DNA from: Octopus vulgaris
Taxonomy: Eukaryota
Direction of reading: 5' to 3'
NCBI GenBank assembly: GCA_951406725.2
Contig: OX597819.1
Coordinates: 20,708,001 to 20,772,000, forward strand
DNA length: 64,000 nt
The stretch's first letter is position 1, and each line of letters opens with the position of its first letter. The notes below the pieces were generated by a model that was not told the origin of the DNA, made no database searches, and saw nothing but the letters and a program-made list of their open reading frames with translations. This document shows positions 1-14,844 of the stretch, in pieces. A program made the position numbers and the translations under genes.

Positions 1-1232
1 GAACTGAGCTGATGGCAGTTAATTGTATTGACTATTGATATTTCTCAATGCCAGAGATAAATGACGACCCGGCAACAGATTTGCGGTTTATATAACCGTC
101 TTTTAAGTTGACCGCCATGGCAGTCACGTATGACGGAAAGAGAGAATGATTAATTAAACCGACAAGGTTATGCTTCTGTTTGAACACCAACATAGCATAT
201 CGTGATAGGAGAGTCACGTTTAGTCGGCATGTTATTTGAACCCGAGAATTATTGGTCAGTTAAACAGTTACAATATAATGTTTGTAAATGTGTATCTGTT
301 TTATTGATATTGGGATTTATAGACAGAAAGAGCGTAATGATTGTTTTCATCGGTAGTTCAGCTAATAAATTGAAGGAATGGATTGATAGAAGAGACGCAA
401 TAATATCAGAACATGTCCATGGCTTCCCCACATGTTTGCTGAAATAATCAAAGCAAACGTTTTCATTGGTTTAACGTTGTTGATTTTTCCTCACCACATA
501 GTCATTCCTAATTACTTTTTAAATAATCATCTCTACAAATCTCTGGTGAGAACTTTCCATATATTTTACGTGCCAATGCTATATAAATACACATCCAAAT
601 CTACTTCAAAAGAAGATGCATTTGACTAATTAGAAACAACAGCTCGAGGGGCAAAGTTTGGTGCACGCGCACTCACGCACACCAAAATCTCCTTCAAGGT
701 GTCTTTTGGCTCCTCTTTGTACATATAGCCTTTGTATTCAGTCAAATTTTTTCACCTTTGATCCCGTTAATATATTTTTCTACTTTAACTGCAGATTGAT
801 TAATGCGCTATGGTAAACATTTTGTACATCGATCGTGTGAGGAAGCCTATCACATCTTTTATTTGCAAGAAATATGTGTGTATTGTACGATCAGTGGTGT
901 CACTGAGTGCAGCGTGAGATGAAATGGCTGACTTCTTTTTCATTTGTGTGTTCTGATAGTTGCCAGCCTTGCTTCTCCTCAATTAAAAGATTTGAGCAGA
1001 TTCCCTGCCTGTCGCGGTGCTTTTGTGACGTGAAGCATAGCAGAGATTGCCGCCCACTCAAGAGAGCAAATGTTCCACAAGTATTCAAAGAAATTGATTC
1101 CTCAAGTTTTTCTATTTGCCTAAAGACTTCCAAGGCACCAACAGGCCGCAAGAGACACATTCGTTTTCATGGAACATGATTAATGGTTTGCTTTACTGAA
1201 TCCTAATATTCGATAACGACGAGAGAAACAAT

Positions 1233-1233
<1 letters not shown>

Positions 1234-1306
<73 letters not shown>

Positions 1307-1498
1307 CATATATATATATACATATATATATTTATACATATATACATATACATATATACATATTCATACATATATACATATTATATATATATATACACAT
1401 ATATATAAATATATATATACACACATATATATATATATACAATATATATATATATATATACACACATATATATATATATACAACATATATATATATAC

Positions 1499-1535
<37 letters not shown>

Positions 1536-1640
1536 AACATAGATAGATACATACGTATACACATAGATAGATACATACATACATACATGGAGAGATAGGG
1601 ATAGAGATAGATATAAATATGTGTGTTGAGTGTGTGTGTG
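1234..1640. repeat. (TA)n/(CA)n compound microsatellite
   Basis: Directly visible dinucleotide runs. Similar tracts recur throughout, e.g. 3645-3805, 7710-7888, 7966-8505, 14628-14841, 36118-36181, 42420-42486 and 58332-58463. Confidence 0.98.
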
Positions 1641-2061
1641 TATTTTCAATGTTTACAAATAGCATGGAAAATATGAATAAAGTCACTAGGGTAGCAAAAG
1701 TTCCTACAAGTACTAAGGATGTAACATCTTTGCACATAAAGTTAGAGATTCTATTCAAATATTCAAATATTTATACCACCGACATATGTTTCGAAGAAAA
1801 CATTGGTATTATTCCAGAAGGAATAATATAATGAAAAACAATGCAATCTTCTCATCAGAGACCAACTTAATTTACTAAGCCCAGTATTGTTACGTTTATT
1901 GATATGTTTACATGTAGAGTAATTATTAGATATTCTTTTGGACAACTGAGATGAAAAACTACCTTATTAGCAAAATAATTATGAGGACAGAACCAAGGGA
2001 TAAGCCTCGCTTTTCCAGGAATTACCGCGTACGTCAGCTAGTACACACGCACACCCACACC

Positions 2062-2110
<49 letters not shown>

Positions 2111-3651
2111 CACAGATGAGATCCTGAGACTCTCCGGAAAGAATACATTTAGCAGCGCTCAAAAGATACTAACTTTGACTCCGATGTCTTTACAGGACAC
2201 CATTTCAGAAGGTAAAGAAAGGCTAAAGGTGGGATCAACTTGAGCGGGTATACAGTCAATTATATGGCTAAACAGATGAGATGCATCAAATATATTAAAT
2301 ATATTATTGAATACAAAATATGTATGTATGTATAAATGTTAAACCAGAGAAAGTAAATGGGGGAGATATTCAGATAATATAATTTTAAAGTATATTCATT
2401 TAGATATTTTATTTTAAAAGTAACTTAAAAAAAGATACTGAAAGGTGTGAATGAAAGGTGTTATGAGTTCAAAGACTGATTCTGGGGCTCGGTGATTCAT
2501 AATAATGTTGGTAGATTTTGTTCGTTAAAATATACGGTGGTATGGAAGCAATTAAAATACGATAAAACGAGTCTCCGTCATCAACGTAAAGAAGACCGTG
2601 CATTTTTTTTATCTTAATGCAGAGACGTTTTATGATGGAATCGTATCACCTTCTCTGTATTAAGATCTAAAATGTGGCATCTTCTCTACCCTTACATCTT
2701 AAATCCGATTCCAAAGGAGGACTATGTCCCAGACATCAAACCATATCCCATTCCATATCTATGACTGACAAATTAATAATTCTGATTGTAAATTTATCTC
2801 ATTGTGTTGGGGAATTTGACTACTTTGTTTATAATATATAAAGGAGTAAATTTGTTTCTGATGTTCACAATTACGAGGAACCTCATGAAACAGAATTTTT
2901 CCACTAAATATCGATATGTATCAATGATTGATTAGTGCAATATAACCTTCTATGTTGTAAGAAGGATCAATATGATTTGAGGAAGATTTAATTACTCTCT
3001 TTATTAGCCCGGACACGCACCTTGTTTCAGATAAGGTCTAGCTGTGATCATTTCGTTTCTTCCTTTAGACAAGATTTACCCAGGAAGACGCTAGTTAATG
3101 CGTTTTCTTTTAAAGACAGTAGCGAACGATTACATTCAAACGAGCACATATAAGCGAGGAATATCAAAATGGATTACTGATTTACAATTCCCCCACCCAA
3201 CCTTTGTCCACTTAAATCACTCAGATAATAACACGGTAACAGCAGGATAGCATGTTACTCTCTTAGGCACATTGTTAAAATAAAAACCAAACAAAACAGA
3301 TCAATATGGAGGCGGTGTTGATTTTTGAATAACAGTAATTCCAAATAAGAATTTGAAACCTGCAGCAAATATTATGTTTGATTTTCAGTAAACAACTTTC
3401 TAAAATACTGCACTTTTTTCAACTCTTTCAGAATCGGCAAATTCGTTTGAAGTGAGATCGAAGAATATTGCCTTTTTTTTGTGGAATTGTGGAATTGAAT
3501 GGGAGAAAAAAATTAAATTATCCAAAATAGAAAGCAGAAAATGTTACACGGATGTTAAAACGTTATTTACATTTAATTTTCTTTAAATGATAAAATATAT
3601 TCCCTGCCAGGATGAATATAAATGTTTACATTCACAGTGATATACACATAT

Positions 3652-3705
<54 letters not shown>

Positions 3706-3732
3706 GTATGTGTGTGTATGTATGTATGTATG

Positions 3733-3803
<71 letters not shown>

Positions 3804-3890
3804 AATATAGGGATGGTATTATTAAAATACCATCACAAGTGGTAAGCGAATTATTAGCCGTACAGGCAAATTAATAAAATATATACATAC

Positions 3891-4281
3891 AATATTAGAT
3901 ATGTACATATATACACAAGGGTAATACATGAGTACCTATATCGCCAATGATAGAAGTCGAAAAATACTTCTGTATCACCGAATAGTCACAAATCCATTAC
4001 AGACAAGATAGGAAAAAATATCAGTGAACAATAATAATGTCTTACCTCAAATGGGTCAGAACAAGTAAATGCTGGTCAACTCGGTACCGGTTTCGAAATT
4101 TAGAGCCACCTACGCGTGTGGAGACCCATTTGAGGTAAGACATTATTATTGTTCACTGATATTTTTTCCTATCTTGCCTAAAATGGATTTGTGACTATTC
4201 GGTGGTACAGAAGCATTTTTCGACTTCTATCATTGGCGATATAGGTACTCATGTAGTACCCTTATGTATGTACATATCTAA

Positions 4282-4285
<4 letters not shown>
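3891..4285. repeat. Long inverted repeat (arms ~3891-4057 and ~4123-4285, 65-bp spacer), probably an inverted Penelope pLTR end or a MITE
   Basis: The arms are reverse complements with few mismatches (cagtgaacaataataatgtcttacctcaaatgggtc vs gacccatttgaggtaagacattattattgttcactg). TA-rich tracts lie on both sides. Confidence 0.9.
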
Positions 4286-4339
<54 letters not shown>

Positions 4340-4760
4340 ATAGGGAGAATTTTAAAAAAGACGAAGACAGGTGGTGTAGACAACAAACATATTTATTAGT
4401 TTAACGCTCGGGAATCGAAAAAGTCTTTAACGTGTCGAGCCTACGCTCTTCCAAAGAAAGGAAGTCAGAAATAAACAAGAAGAGAAAATAAAGAATGTGT
4501 AGTGGCTAGCGATCTATCATGGTGAAGGCCGGACAGAAGGGTCACACAGGAGAGCTACATAGAAGGAAAGATAGAGAAAACATAGAACGTAGAACAACCA
4601 AAGAGGGTAGAAACGACAATGGGAAAGAGAAGTAAGTACAAAAATATTATGAAAGTATAAAAAAAGGATGAGAAAGTGTAAAAAGGTTACGCAAAGTTCA
4701 AAAGCTTCAGACGTCGTGAGCGCAGGGAAGAGGATGTTTATTGACTTGATCGGTTTCACT
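4340..4760 (-). mobile_element. Penelope pLTR-like dispersed repeat with a degenerate hammerhead (4424-4460); same family as 61270-61445
   Basis: 4340-4460 is the reverse complement of 61317-61443 (gagc-N4-gctc hairpin, tacaccacctg..ttcgtctt, ctccct then TA tract). The left part is well matched; the right boundary is approximate. Confidence 0.7.
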
Positions 4761-4893
4761 TTGTAATGAAAGTGATTTTAAAATGTATAGTGCGATGCTT
4801 TACGTAGCCTTCTTGGTGTTAAAAAATATTTAACATAGACGTATTAAAATACAGTGATAGATTCTTTGACAATGATAAAAAGATGTTAAAAAA

Positions 4894-5868
4894 GGCTTTG
4901 TGTTTAAACAGTTCGCATAAAAGTGTTCAGAATAAGTAGTAAAATATGTTCATAATTGTTTATAAGTTCATCAAAAATCATAATTGTTTCTAAGCAAATT
5001 TACAGAAACAATTTGTAGACAGTATTTGATAGAAGAAAGTGTGTATTGCTGAGTCAAAAGTTCATCACATATCATAATAGTTTATAAGGATTTTAGAGGA
5101 ATGACCAATGACCAATTTTTTACTTCATCTACAATCTCGTATACCTGTTTTGCAATCACACAGAGACACACACATATACGCACATGCATGCACGCGCAAA
5201 CATACACTCGCACACACAGACGAACACATACACATACACCGCACCCTGACAAATACAAATCATGCACATGCACACACACGTGCACATATATACACACACC
5301 ACCTTGCTAAATATATAACAAGCACATACACAGACTCATACACACACACACACACACACACACACCACTGAACTCTATAACTCATCAAAAACCACCACAC
5401 GCATACACAAGCATATATATAGACATACACATATAGAACCGTGCAGACATCCCTCTCTCTCGTTCACACACACAAACTCACATTCTTGAACTCTAAGACC
5501 TGCCGAAAAACCACCGAACCATGACAGACTAGACTAGAAGCCAAAAATTATTTTGATTCCACATACTATTCGAAATCAGATCACATGACTGAAACCAACC
5601 ATCCTCCCACAGAATTTCTAAAAATAGCAACCATCCTTGCAACAGGTTGGTCATTGGTCATTCCTCTAAAATCCTTATAAACTATTATGATTTCTGATGA
5701 AGTTTTGACTAAGCAATACACGCTTTCTCCTATCAAATACTGTCTAAAAAATCTTTCTGTATATTTGCTTAGAAACAATTATGATTTCTGATGAACTTAA
5801 AAACAATTATGAAATTATGTTATTGCTTATTCTGAACACTCTTATGGAAACTGTTTAAACACAAAGCC
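4894..5868. repeat. Inverted repeat, ~220-bp arms (4894-5115 and 5647-5868) around a ~530-bp CA-rich spacer
   Basis: ggctttgtgtttaaacagtt...gattttagaggaatgaccaatgaccaa versus ttggtcattggtcattcctctaaaatcc...aactgtttaaacacaaagcc. Confidence 0.9.
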
Positions 5869-6017
5869 TCTATCGATCTATCCACAGTCTTACACCCACA
5901 AACCTTCCAATTTTACTTTGTTATATGTGTGCGTGTGTGTGTATATACACACACACATATATGCGCTTAGATATGCATCGATACATACATAGGCATACAT
6001 GTATGCATATGTACTTG

Positions 6018-6076
<59 letters not shown>

Positions 6077-6549
6077 TGTTTATGAGTGTATAAGTTATAT
6101 CTGAATGTGTTTATAAATGTTTGTGGTTATTCGAATGTGAGAGCGCCTGGGTTAGAGCTTCGAGTTTTGCACTCACAAATGCTAGATCGCGGTTTCTGCT
6201 TCTGGAGCGGGAGGTGCATTGTGTTCTTCGGCAAAACACTTCATCTGGTGTTCCACCTGTTCCGTCAAAGTCGATTCGATGGGAAGAGTGAGTAAATCTA
6301 CGGTACACATATTTGATCACTATAAAGAAATTACTTCTGCAGGTTGTTCAGAAAGAATTTTCAGAATCGTGTTTCCTGTCTCATTGAAAAAGTCACCGCA
6401 CAAGTCATCAGCCTTCCTTATGGCTGACCATAAGTTGTTCCTCGTCATCCTCAGGTATGAACACGATACATCTACAGATCTAGCTCTTCTTCACTCTGTT
6501 TATTCCTCTATATTTTCCTCTCGGTGTACAGCTGTGTAAGCCTGTCAAG

Positions 6550-7290
<741 letters not shown>

Positions 7291-7807
7291 AAACAACAAC
7301 ATTAAAGATTTATTGCAGTGAGTTTTAAGGAAAATGCCGTTACGAAAGATGAAAGGAAGCCCCGTTGCTTCCTACAAACTGAACACAAATAGACGGTTGA
7401 AAACTGTTCTTACAACTTGTCGTGGTGTAAGAGCTGATCAAGTTCATAATTCTATTACGGTAAAATACTTTGCAAAACGTCTGTTCTATTCCACTTGATA
7501 TTAATTTTATATCTTGTAATGTATACAATACGTGTAGGTTTTCAATAAAATTATATTGAGTTCGTCGCAAAGTGGTGGACGTTGCAACAATAGCGTCACC
7601 CAAGTGCTATGTAAATATTTGTACAGTTCTCCATTTAAATGCAATGATTTTCACTGAAGTTCTACAAGTAACTATAAGCATACAACTTAATGTCTCGTTC
7701 TACGCAAAGACAATATATATATATCTATGTGTGTGTATATATATATATGCATTTATGTACATACATATATATATATATATGTATATATATATATGTATAT
7801 ATATATG

Positions 7808-7888
<81 letters not shown>

Positions 7889-7890
<2 letters not shown>

Positions 7891-7968
7891 CTTCTTTCCT
7901 GAGCGTCCAATAATACTATACTTGCTCTACGTCCTCGCGTTGTTGTGTTTTTATGTTTGGATTAACTA
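7889..7968 (+). mobile_element. 3' fragment of the pLTR-like repeat also at 44600-44765 (+) and 58461-58520 (-)
   Basis: tttcctgagcgtccaataa.actatacttg.tc.ac.tcctcgcg...ggattaactata is shared with 44707-44765. Embedded in (TA)n. Confidence 0.75.
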
Positions 7969-7974
7969 TATATA

Positions 7975-8087
<113 letters not shown>

Positions 8088-8125
8088 GTATGTATACGTA
8101 TATTTATATATATGTATATTATATA

Positions 8126-8204
<79 letters not shown>

Positions 8205-8454
8205 ATATATATATATATGGATATATATATGTATCTATATGTGTGTATATATATACACACATATATATATACATGTATATGTATATGTATATATTTATAT
8301 ATATGTATATATATGGAGATATTTATATGTATATATATGGATATATATATATGGATATATATATGTATATATATGTGTGTGTATATATATACACACGCAC
8401 ATATATATATATACATACACATATGTTTGTATATATATACATAAACACACTGAC

Positions 8455-8506
<52 letters not shown>

Positions 8507-9256
8507 CGCGAGATATAGCTAGATAGATAGATAGACAGATAGATAGATGAATAGACAGATAGATGTACACCTATACATAAGCTTGTAATTAAATATATGG
8601 ATATACACTTGCAACGTAATTCCATGTATTTATTTTCTTCACTAGCATCACTCACCTGTGACTGTTTATAGCATTCTGTCAATGTAGGGCAGGTGTCTGT
8701 TATAATTCTTATATGTTGGTGAAGAAATCTATGTGACTTACGACACCTTCATGAACCTGTCAAAAACGTTGTGACTAGATAAGAAACAGAGCAATATACA
8801 ATTGACATGTATCTCTCGACCTGCATATCCACTCGCAGATATATCTGTCATGGCTGTTGTTATCAACGTGCTGTATTATATATTTACAATGGAGGCTTTC
8901 CATTTAACTCATAGAGATTGATAGTAGTACAGATTAACCCTTGATATCTGAAAGGACACACTGCCCTTTCTAGGAAGTTAACGTGCTAATTTATTCATTA
9001 TCTGCCAAAGCATCAACAATCGAATGCCAATTTGTTATTAATTACCAATAAGAATGTCAAACAGACACACGTTAGCTATTGTCCTGAATATGGCCAGCAA
9101 ACTACGACTGCTAATTTGATTTGCACGAAAGGAACTCTTTATCAAACCAGCAATAAATGAGTGATGTTTTCTTTTTGTTTTTAATACGTTCCATAACTGT
9201 TGTTACCAAAGTTTCAACTACAATGCTCGTGAACAGTCATGCAACTTTCTTATTGC

Positions 9257-9257
9257 A

Positions 9258-9317
<60 letters not shown>

Positions 9318-9422
9318 ATAGTTGTTGTTGTTATTGTTATTATTATTGTTATTATTATAATATTTTATTATTTTCATTATTATTATTATTGTTATTGTTA
9401 TTATTATTAATATTATTATTAA

Positions 9423-9453
<31 letters not shown>

Positions 9454-9527
9454 GTTGTTCTAATTACTATTGTTATTATTATAAATAATATTATTATTAT
9501 TATCATCATCATCATCATCATCATCAT
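9257..9527. repeat. (ATT)n/(GTT)n/(ATC)n trinucleotide microsatellite
   Basis: Directly visible. Confidence 0.97.
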
Positions 9528-10936
9528 TGGTGAATACACATCACATTAGCCGGAAGTCCGTACTTTTCCCGTTGTTCTATAAGAGTGCCATATAATTGTT
9601 AGCATTATCTTATTGATGATAGTAATAAGGCAAACGTTTCTCTGCATTTCTTGTTGTTAATTCCTTTCTATAAACAATAAAGTAATGACGAGAAAACAAA
9701 GAGAATTCGAGTTGTGATACATCTCATATTGACGATACATTTTATTGAAAATTAATTAACGTTAGCTAATATTTATTATAAATGCAGAATAACCAAAGAC
9801 GTAAAATATTTGCCGATTTACCTGAATTATCCGTATCATGTTGGACTGACTTCTGTCATTCATTGTATGAACAACGGCAAATAACTTGCCGGGCCTTCTT
9901 TAAACACCATTTATGCTTCATAATGCAGAAAACATTTTTGTATATTTTTCTGCCGGTATCGGAATATGAAGATATTATTGCGACTAAAGCTTCTGAAGCA
10001 ACGCGACCTATCACCATATATCATATACAGAATGCTACAGAAAAGAAAGGCATATATTTCCTTTCAGTTCTGCCACATACAGTTATTATATTTATACAGG
10101 GAAGCTTTATTCACAAAGATATATTCTAATGCATAATCCTTTGTAAATATATATTTGTTAACTTCAAAATCTAGATATCGCTTCTTCCGGAGCTAATAAA
10201 TCATCTTTGTACAAGTTTTGTACACAGTTTAATATCAAACATCATAGTATATCTATCCTCGTTTATCACGCTTTTTGGCTAACAAAAATTGTATAAATGA
10301 ATTAGTGATACATGAATAATAGAACATACGGGGGGAATGGATATCATTCCCTGAACCAAAGAAGCGCTCTGAGCATTGTGCATTCTTGCTGAAACGCACT
10401 TTTGCAGAGCAAGGAGAATCGTTACCAGATCGCTAACCTTTGCTATCTCAGATCAATTCGTGATAAACGTAAAACGTTTTACAGTTAGCTCAATGTGTTA
10501 TCCGAGATCAGTTGTGAACAAATCAGCGACAAACGAGAAGAGATATCTATTAATTATCGTCGAATTCTAGTTATTCTTTCTACGAAAATTTGCCGCCAAC
10601 ACCTCATCATAATTTTCTTAGTAATTCTTCTTTGCCATCTATAGAAGCCGATTTCCTAGCATGCATAATTTATCAGGGAATATGTATAAATCAATTTGAA
10701 ATATATTCCTTACTATTGTTTTATGCTAGCAAATAATGTCCACTGGCGATATTACACATAGATATACTCATGTGGCTTGTTGAGAAAATCGATGGAGCAT
10801 CATATAACTTCCCTGCAGTATATAATCAAAGAAAGTTACTTGAAGGTTAAATCCCGCCGAGGCCAACTTTACATTTCAAGCTTCTGAAATCGATAAAATA
10901 CCAGTCAAATCCTCGAAATGATTTACTACGTATACG

Positions 10937-10960
<24 letters not shown>

Positions 10961-10967
<7 letters not shown>

Positions 10968-11207
10968 ATCACGTGACCGACCAGTCCATCATATATAGTT
11001 ACACATCGCTGGTCACAATGCGTTCGCATTGTTTTAGCCTTAGAATGACGGCACCCCGCTGGCTAAGCGAGAAGGCCAACGGAGGAAAGATCGTGAGAAA
11101 GAGTGGTGAAAGAGTACGGCAGGGATCACCCCTCCCCTGGGAATCGAAACCGCGATCCTACGACCGCGAGTCCGTTGCCTTAACCACTGGGCCATTGCGC
11201 CTCCACA
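10961..11207 (-). mobile_element. tRNA(Arg)-like-headed SINE, family B (reminiscent of octopus OR-type SINEs)
   Basis: The minus strand begins gtggaggcgcaatggcccagtggttaaggcaacggactcgcggtcgtaggatcgcggtttcgattccc, with an A box, a TCG anticodon-like loop and a B-box-like motif. The head is shared with 54912-55298. Flanked by (TA)n. Confidence 0.8.
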
Positions 11208-11828
11208 CGTATATATATATATATATATTAAAGCGCGCTACATGTATCTACAATAAGAGCTGGAGAAAGAGATATGCTAGTCATGTATAGATATTCTCTC
11301 CATATACCAGCATCGGAGTTTAATCTGAAAAAGTTAGCTTGGGGACATCCAACAATCCGAAAAATGTGGCGGCATTCATTATCCTGGCCATGCTCATGGG
11401 TAATTACTACGTTAAATTTATCTCCGTTCGTCTCTTTAACAAAGCTTTGAGCACATCAGCAAATGCACCATTTGGTGTTCTAATGTAAGAACAATGAGTT
11501 TTTGTTGTTCATAGATGATGGCTCGGTGTCTGTCTTGATGAAGCATGACGACGCAGAAGAGCAAGCGTCCTACGGTCCAATGACGTCATTCACAGCCCAA
11601 TGGCGTCTTTTTCACGAACATTAATTAATGGGAGATGTCTTTACTCAGTACAACATCTGCAGCGCATTGGCTTTCCATTTCCATGTGTACACGACTATGT
11701 TAAATATGATCGTACACAACGCTATTTCATCCAACGCTGGTCAGTCAAACTCTTATTAATTACTGCCAGAGATTTTTCTTCCTTAAGAATGTAATTTTCA
11801 AATGATTACATTTTATTTAATTTTATTT

Positions 11829-12160
11829 AAGTATAATAGCCATCTCAATATGGCTAACCACAAAGTGGGGGGAGGGTGTTACTGTAGCTTTTTACGTTCT
11901 GAGATTTAATAATAAATTTTTAGAGAGTTACTTCCCTTATATATGCCAAAAATGCATTAAAAATGGGAAAAATTGATGGTAATTTTTTTTTTAAATCGTA
12001 GACTCATCGAAGACGCGCGCTAATACCCAGAAGGGCTCGATATGAATCACGACTATAAGATACCCGGTTTTGGTTAAACTGTACCGCAAAATGTGGGAGT
12101 AGTTAGGAATCTAAATCGTAGGAGACAGACAGCACACAACCTCTCTTTTATATATAAAGA
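11829..12160 (-). mobile_element. Non-autonomous Helitron, truncated copy lacking the CTAG end
   Basis: Near-identical to 46401-46727. The 5' terminus A|TCTTTATATATAAAAG is on the minus strand. Confidence 0.8.
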
Positions 12161-12785
12161 TGTATGTGAACCTGTAATATGCCATACTATTTTTTTTTAA
12201 ACCCTAAAACAATTTTTAAATGCACTTTTCTTATCGAAATTATCGCCAGAGATGTAATCGCTTGAGTTAAAAGATAGAACACGTTACACATTTAATGAAA
12301 TGACTCGTAGCTTGTTTTATCTCACAGATTGTGTAAGACACAATGAGGACATCTCGCATATGACGTCAGGTTTTATGTAAGGATGTTGTGTCATTATGTC
12401 TTTGAAGGTTATTTACGATCAATGTTCTTCGGAGGATTAATAGGATCCTTGGCATTTTAAGAATAAGGCGATTGGGTTCGATGTTAGGACACAGGCGTCT
12501 TGGATCGATTAATTAGACATTCAACTTGTTTGGACATCAGTACATTTCGGCGATCGAAGCAAAAATCCGTGCGCGCACCGAAATATATGCATTCAGAGGG
12601 ATGGGGACAAATAGAAGGATAGAGGGGGTTACATAACATATACATGAAAACATGACTAGATGCTCGCTCAGTTAAACAAAGAGAGGGTGAAGAGGAAGAA
12701 AGAAAGAAAGAAAGAAAGTAAGAAGAACGAAAGAAAGAATGAACGAATGAATGAAAGAAGGAAAGAAAGATAGACGTAAATGGAG

Positions 12786-12820
<35 letters not shown>

Positions 12821-13507
12821 GGAAAACGAGAGAAGCATTAAAACGCACGGGGTCAATTAAGTCGGTGTTGAATAAGCGACGCCAAATACCCGTTGACAAA
12901 ACGGATGTGCTAAGATGTTCCAAATCCTTGTAACAGCTCTTAGAAGTTTCGCCCAGCATTCTCAGCCGTGATCTCCCAAGTGACATATTCAAATTCACTG
13001 ACTGAAAAATGACATATTTATGAAAAACTCATCAGTAAAGGAAGGTTTGTATCTTTAATATTAGCAAAAGAAGAGCATCATTATAGTGTCAATGTCCTAT
13101 TAAATACAATTGACAGCATTGTTAGACAACCAATTTTGTGTGCCATGAGATTGAATATTATAAACTGATGTGTGGTTACAGAAGTTTGTGAATCCACCAG
13201 TTCTGTATCTTTGTCAAGGGAGGTAAGTAGAAAGCAAACATCAATTTGCACAACTTCGTTCGGTGACGTCAAATGTTGATGTCAAATTTATATGTTGTTA
13301 ACGCAACAGTAATTAAATCTATAAGTCTGTTGATGCATGGAGCTATTATTGTTGCTGTTGATGTTGTTGATGAAGATGATGATTAGGATGACAAAGAAGT
13401 GGCAGACGTCAACAACGAGGATAATTATGATGTCGTTCTTGTATAGTTCCAGATGATGATGTTGATGATGATGTATATTATCATCATCGTCGTCGTCGTA
13501 GTCATCG

Positions 13508-13540
<33 letters not shown>

Positions 13541-14625
13541 ACATCTTCATCGTCATCATCATCGGTTTTTGTTAACGTTGTTGTTGCTTTCCTGAACGTA
13601 ATTATTCAGAATGTCGCAAACCTTTATTCACATACATTCCTATAGTGACCAATGCGTCGTCTTTTCCTAGCAACAGAACAAGGAATATATTATCTCATGT
13701 CATTTTGTCTCTTTGTAAGAAAGTAGTGTGCGATAAGATGGCGATTTCGTTGATATTTGTCGAGTGTCGCGTGAAAATTCTGAATCTTTCATTTTCGGTT
13801 GGTAATGATTGCATCGTATATCGGACCATTTTCTCTCAACTGCTTTAAATACATAATGTTAGGAAGACACATTCGATAATGAAGTTATAATAATACAATA
13901 GATCAAAAAAATAAAATAAAGTGTAGATAACACGACCGAGCAGTGATGGAGTGCATTTATTCATTATGACGCACGATTCATTTTTATCAGATTCGAAAGA
14001 CAAACATAAAAGAGAAGGCAACATCAATTGAAAGGAAGGGCTTTTTTAAATTTTTATTATCTTAAAGATCAAACACTTATGGAAGTTAGTTTCAATATCG
14101 GTGAGATTTGAACTCAAAAATTTATGAAGACAATTTGCATAAATAGACTGGTGCGGATACGAATGTATGTTTGTGTGTGAGAGAGAGAGAGAGAAGGGGA
14201 GAGGGAGATCAAGAGGGAGAGAGAGAGAGAGAGAAGTTCCAGTCAACGTCCTACGGATATCTCTGGACTCCAGAGATGCTGCGTAAGTAACGCTCGCCAA
14301 TTACAGCAGAGTAGATATGTATGCATGTACGTAGATATTTATACATACATTTTCACACACAGAAAAGCACACACATACACACACGCACACACGCACATAC
14401 ACTCTGTCTCTTTCACACACACATACACACACACACACACACACATATAATTACATATATATGATAGGCGTGGTTTATTACCATTTTAACAAACAAAAGG
14501 CAAATTTATAGTCGCCACTATCTTAATGATGCAGATGTCACAAATGAGTTGTTTTGACTCTCATATCTGGGAATGCACTTACCACTCTACTCTATGTCAC
14601 TTTAGTGACGTTTATAAATTTGCCT

Positions 14626-14664
<39 letters not shown>

Positions 14665-14732
14665 CGTACATACTTATATATATATATATATGTATATACA
14701 TATATATATATATATATACACACATACATACA

Positions 14733-14764
<32 letters not shown>

Positions 14765-14781
14765 CATACATACATAAATAC

Positions 14782-14840
<59 letters not shown>

Positions 14841-14844
<4 letters not shown>

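Noticed and set aside
11290-11760. Possible very old Tc1/mariner remnant on the minus strand
   Set aside because: Only faint motif traces, with no reconstructable frame or TIRs.
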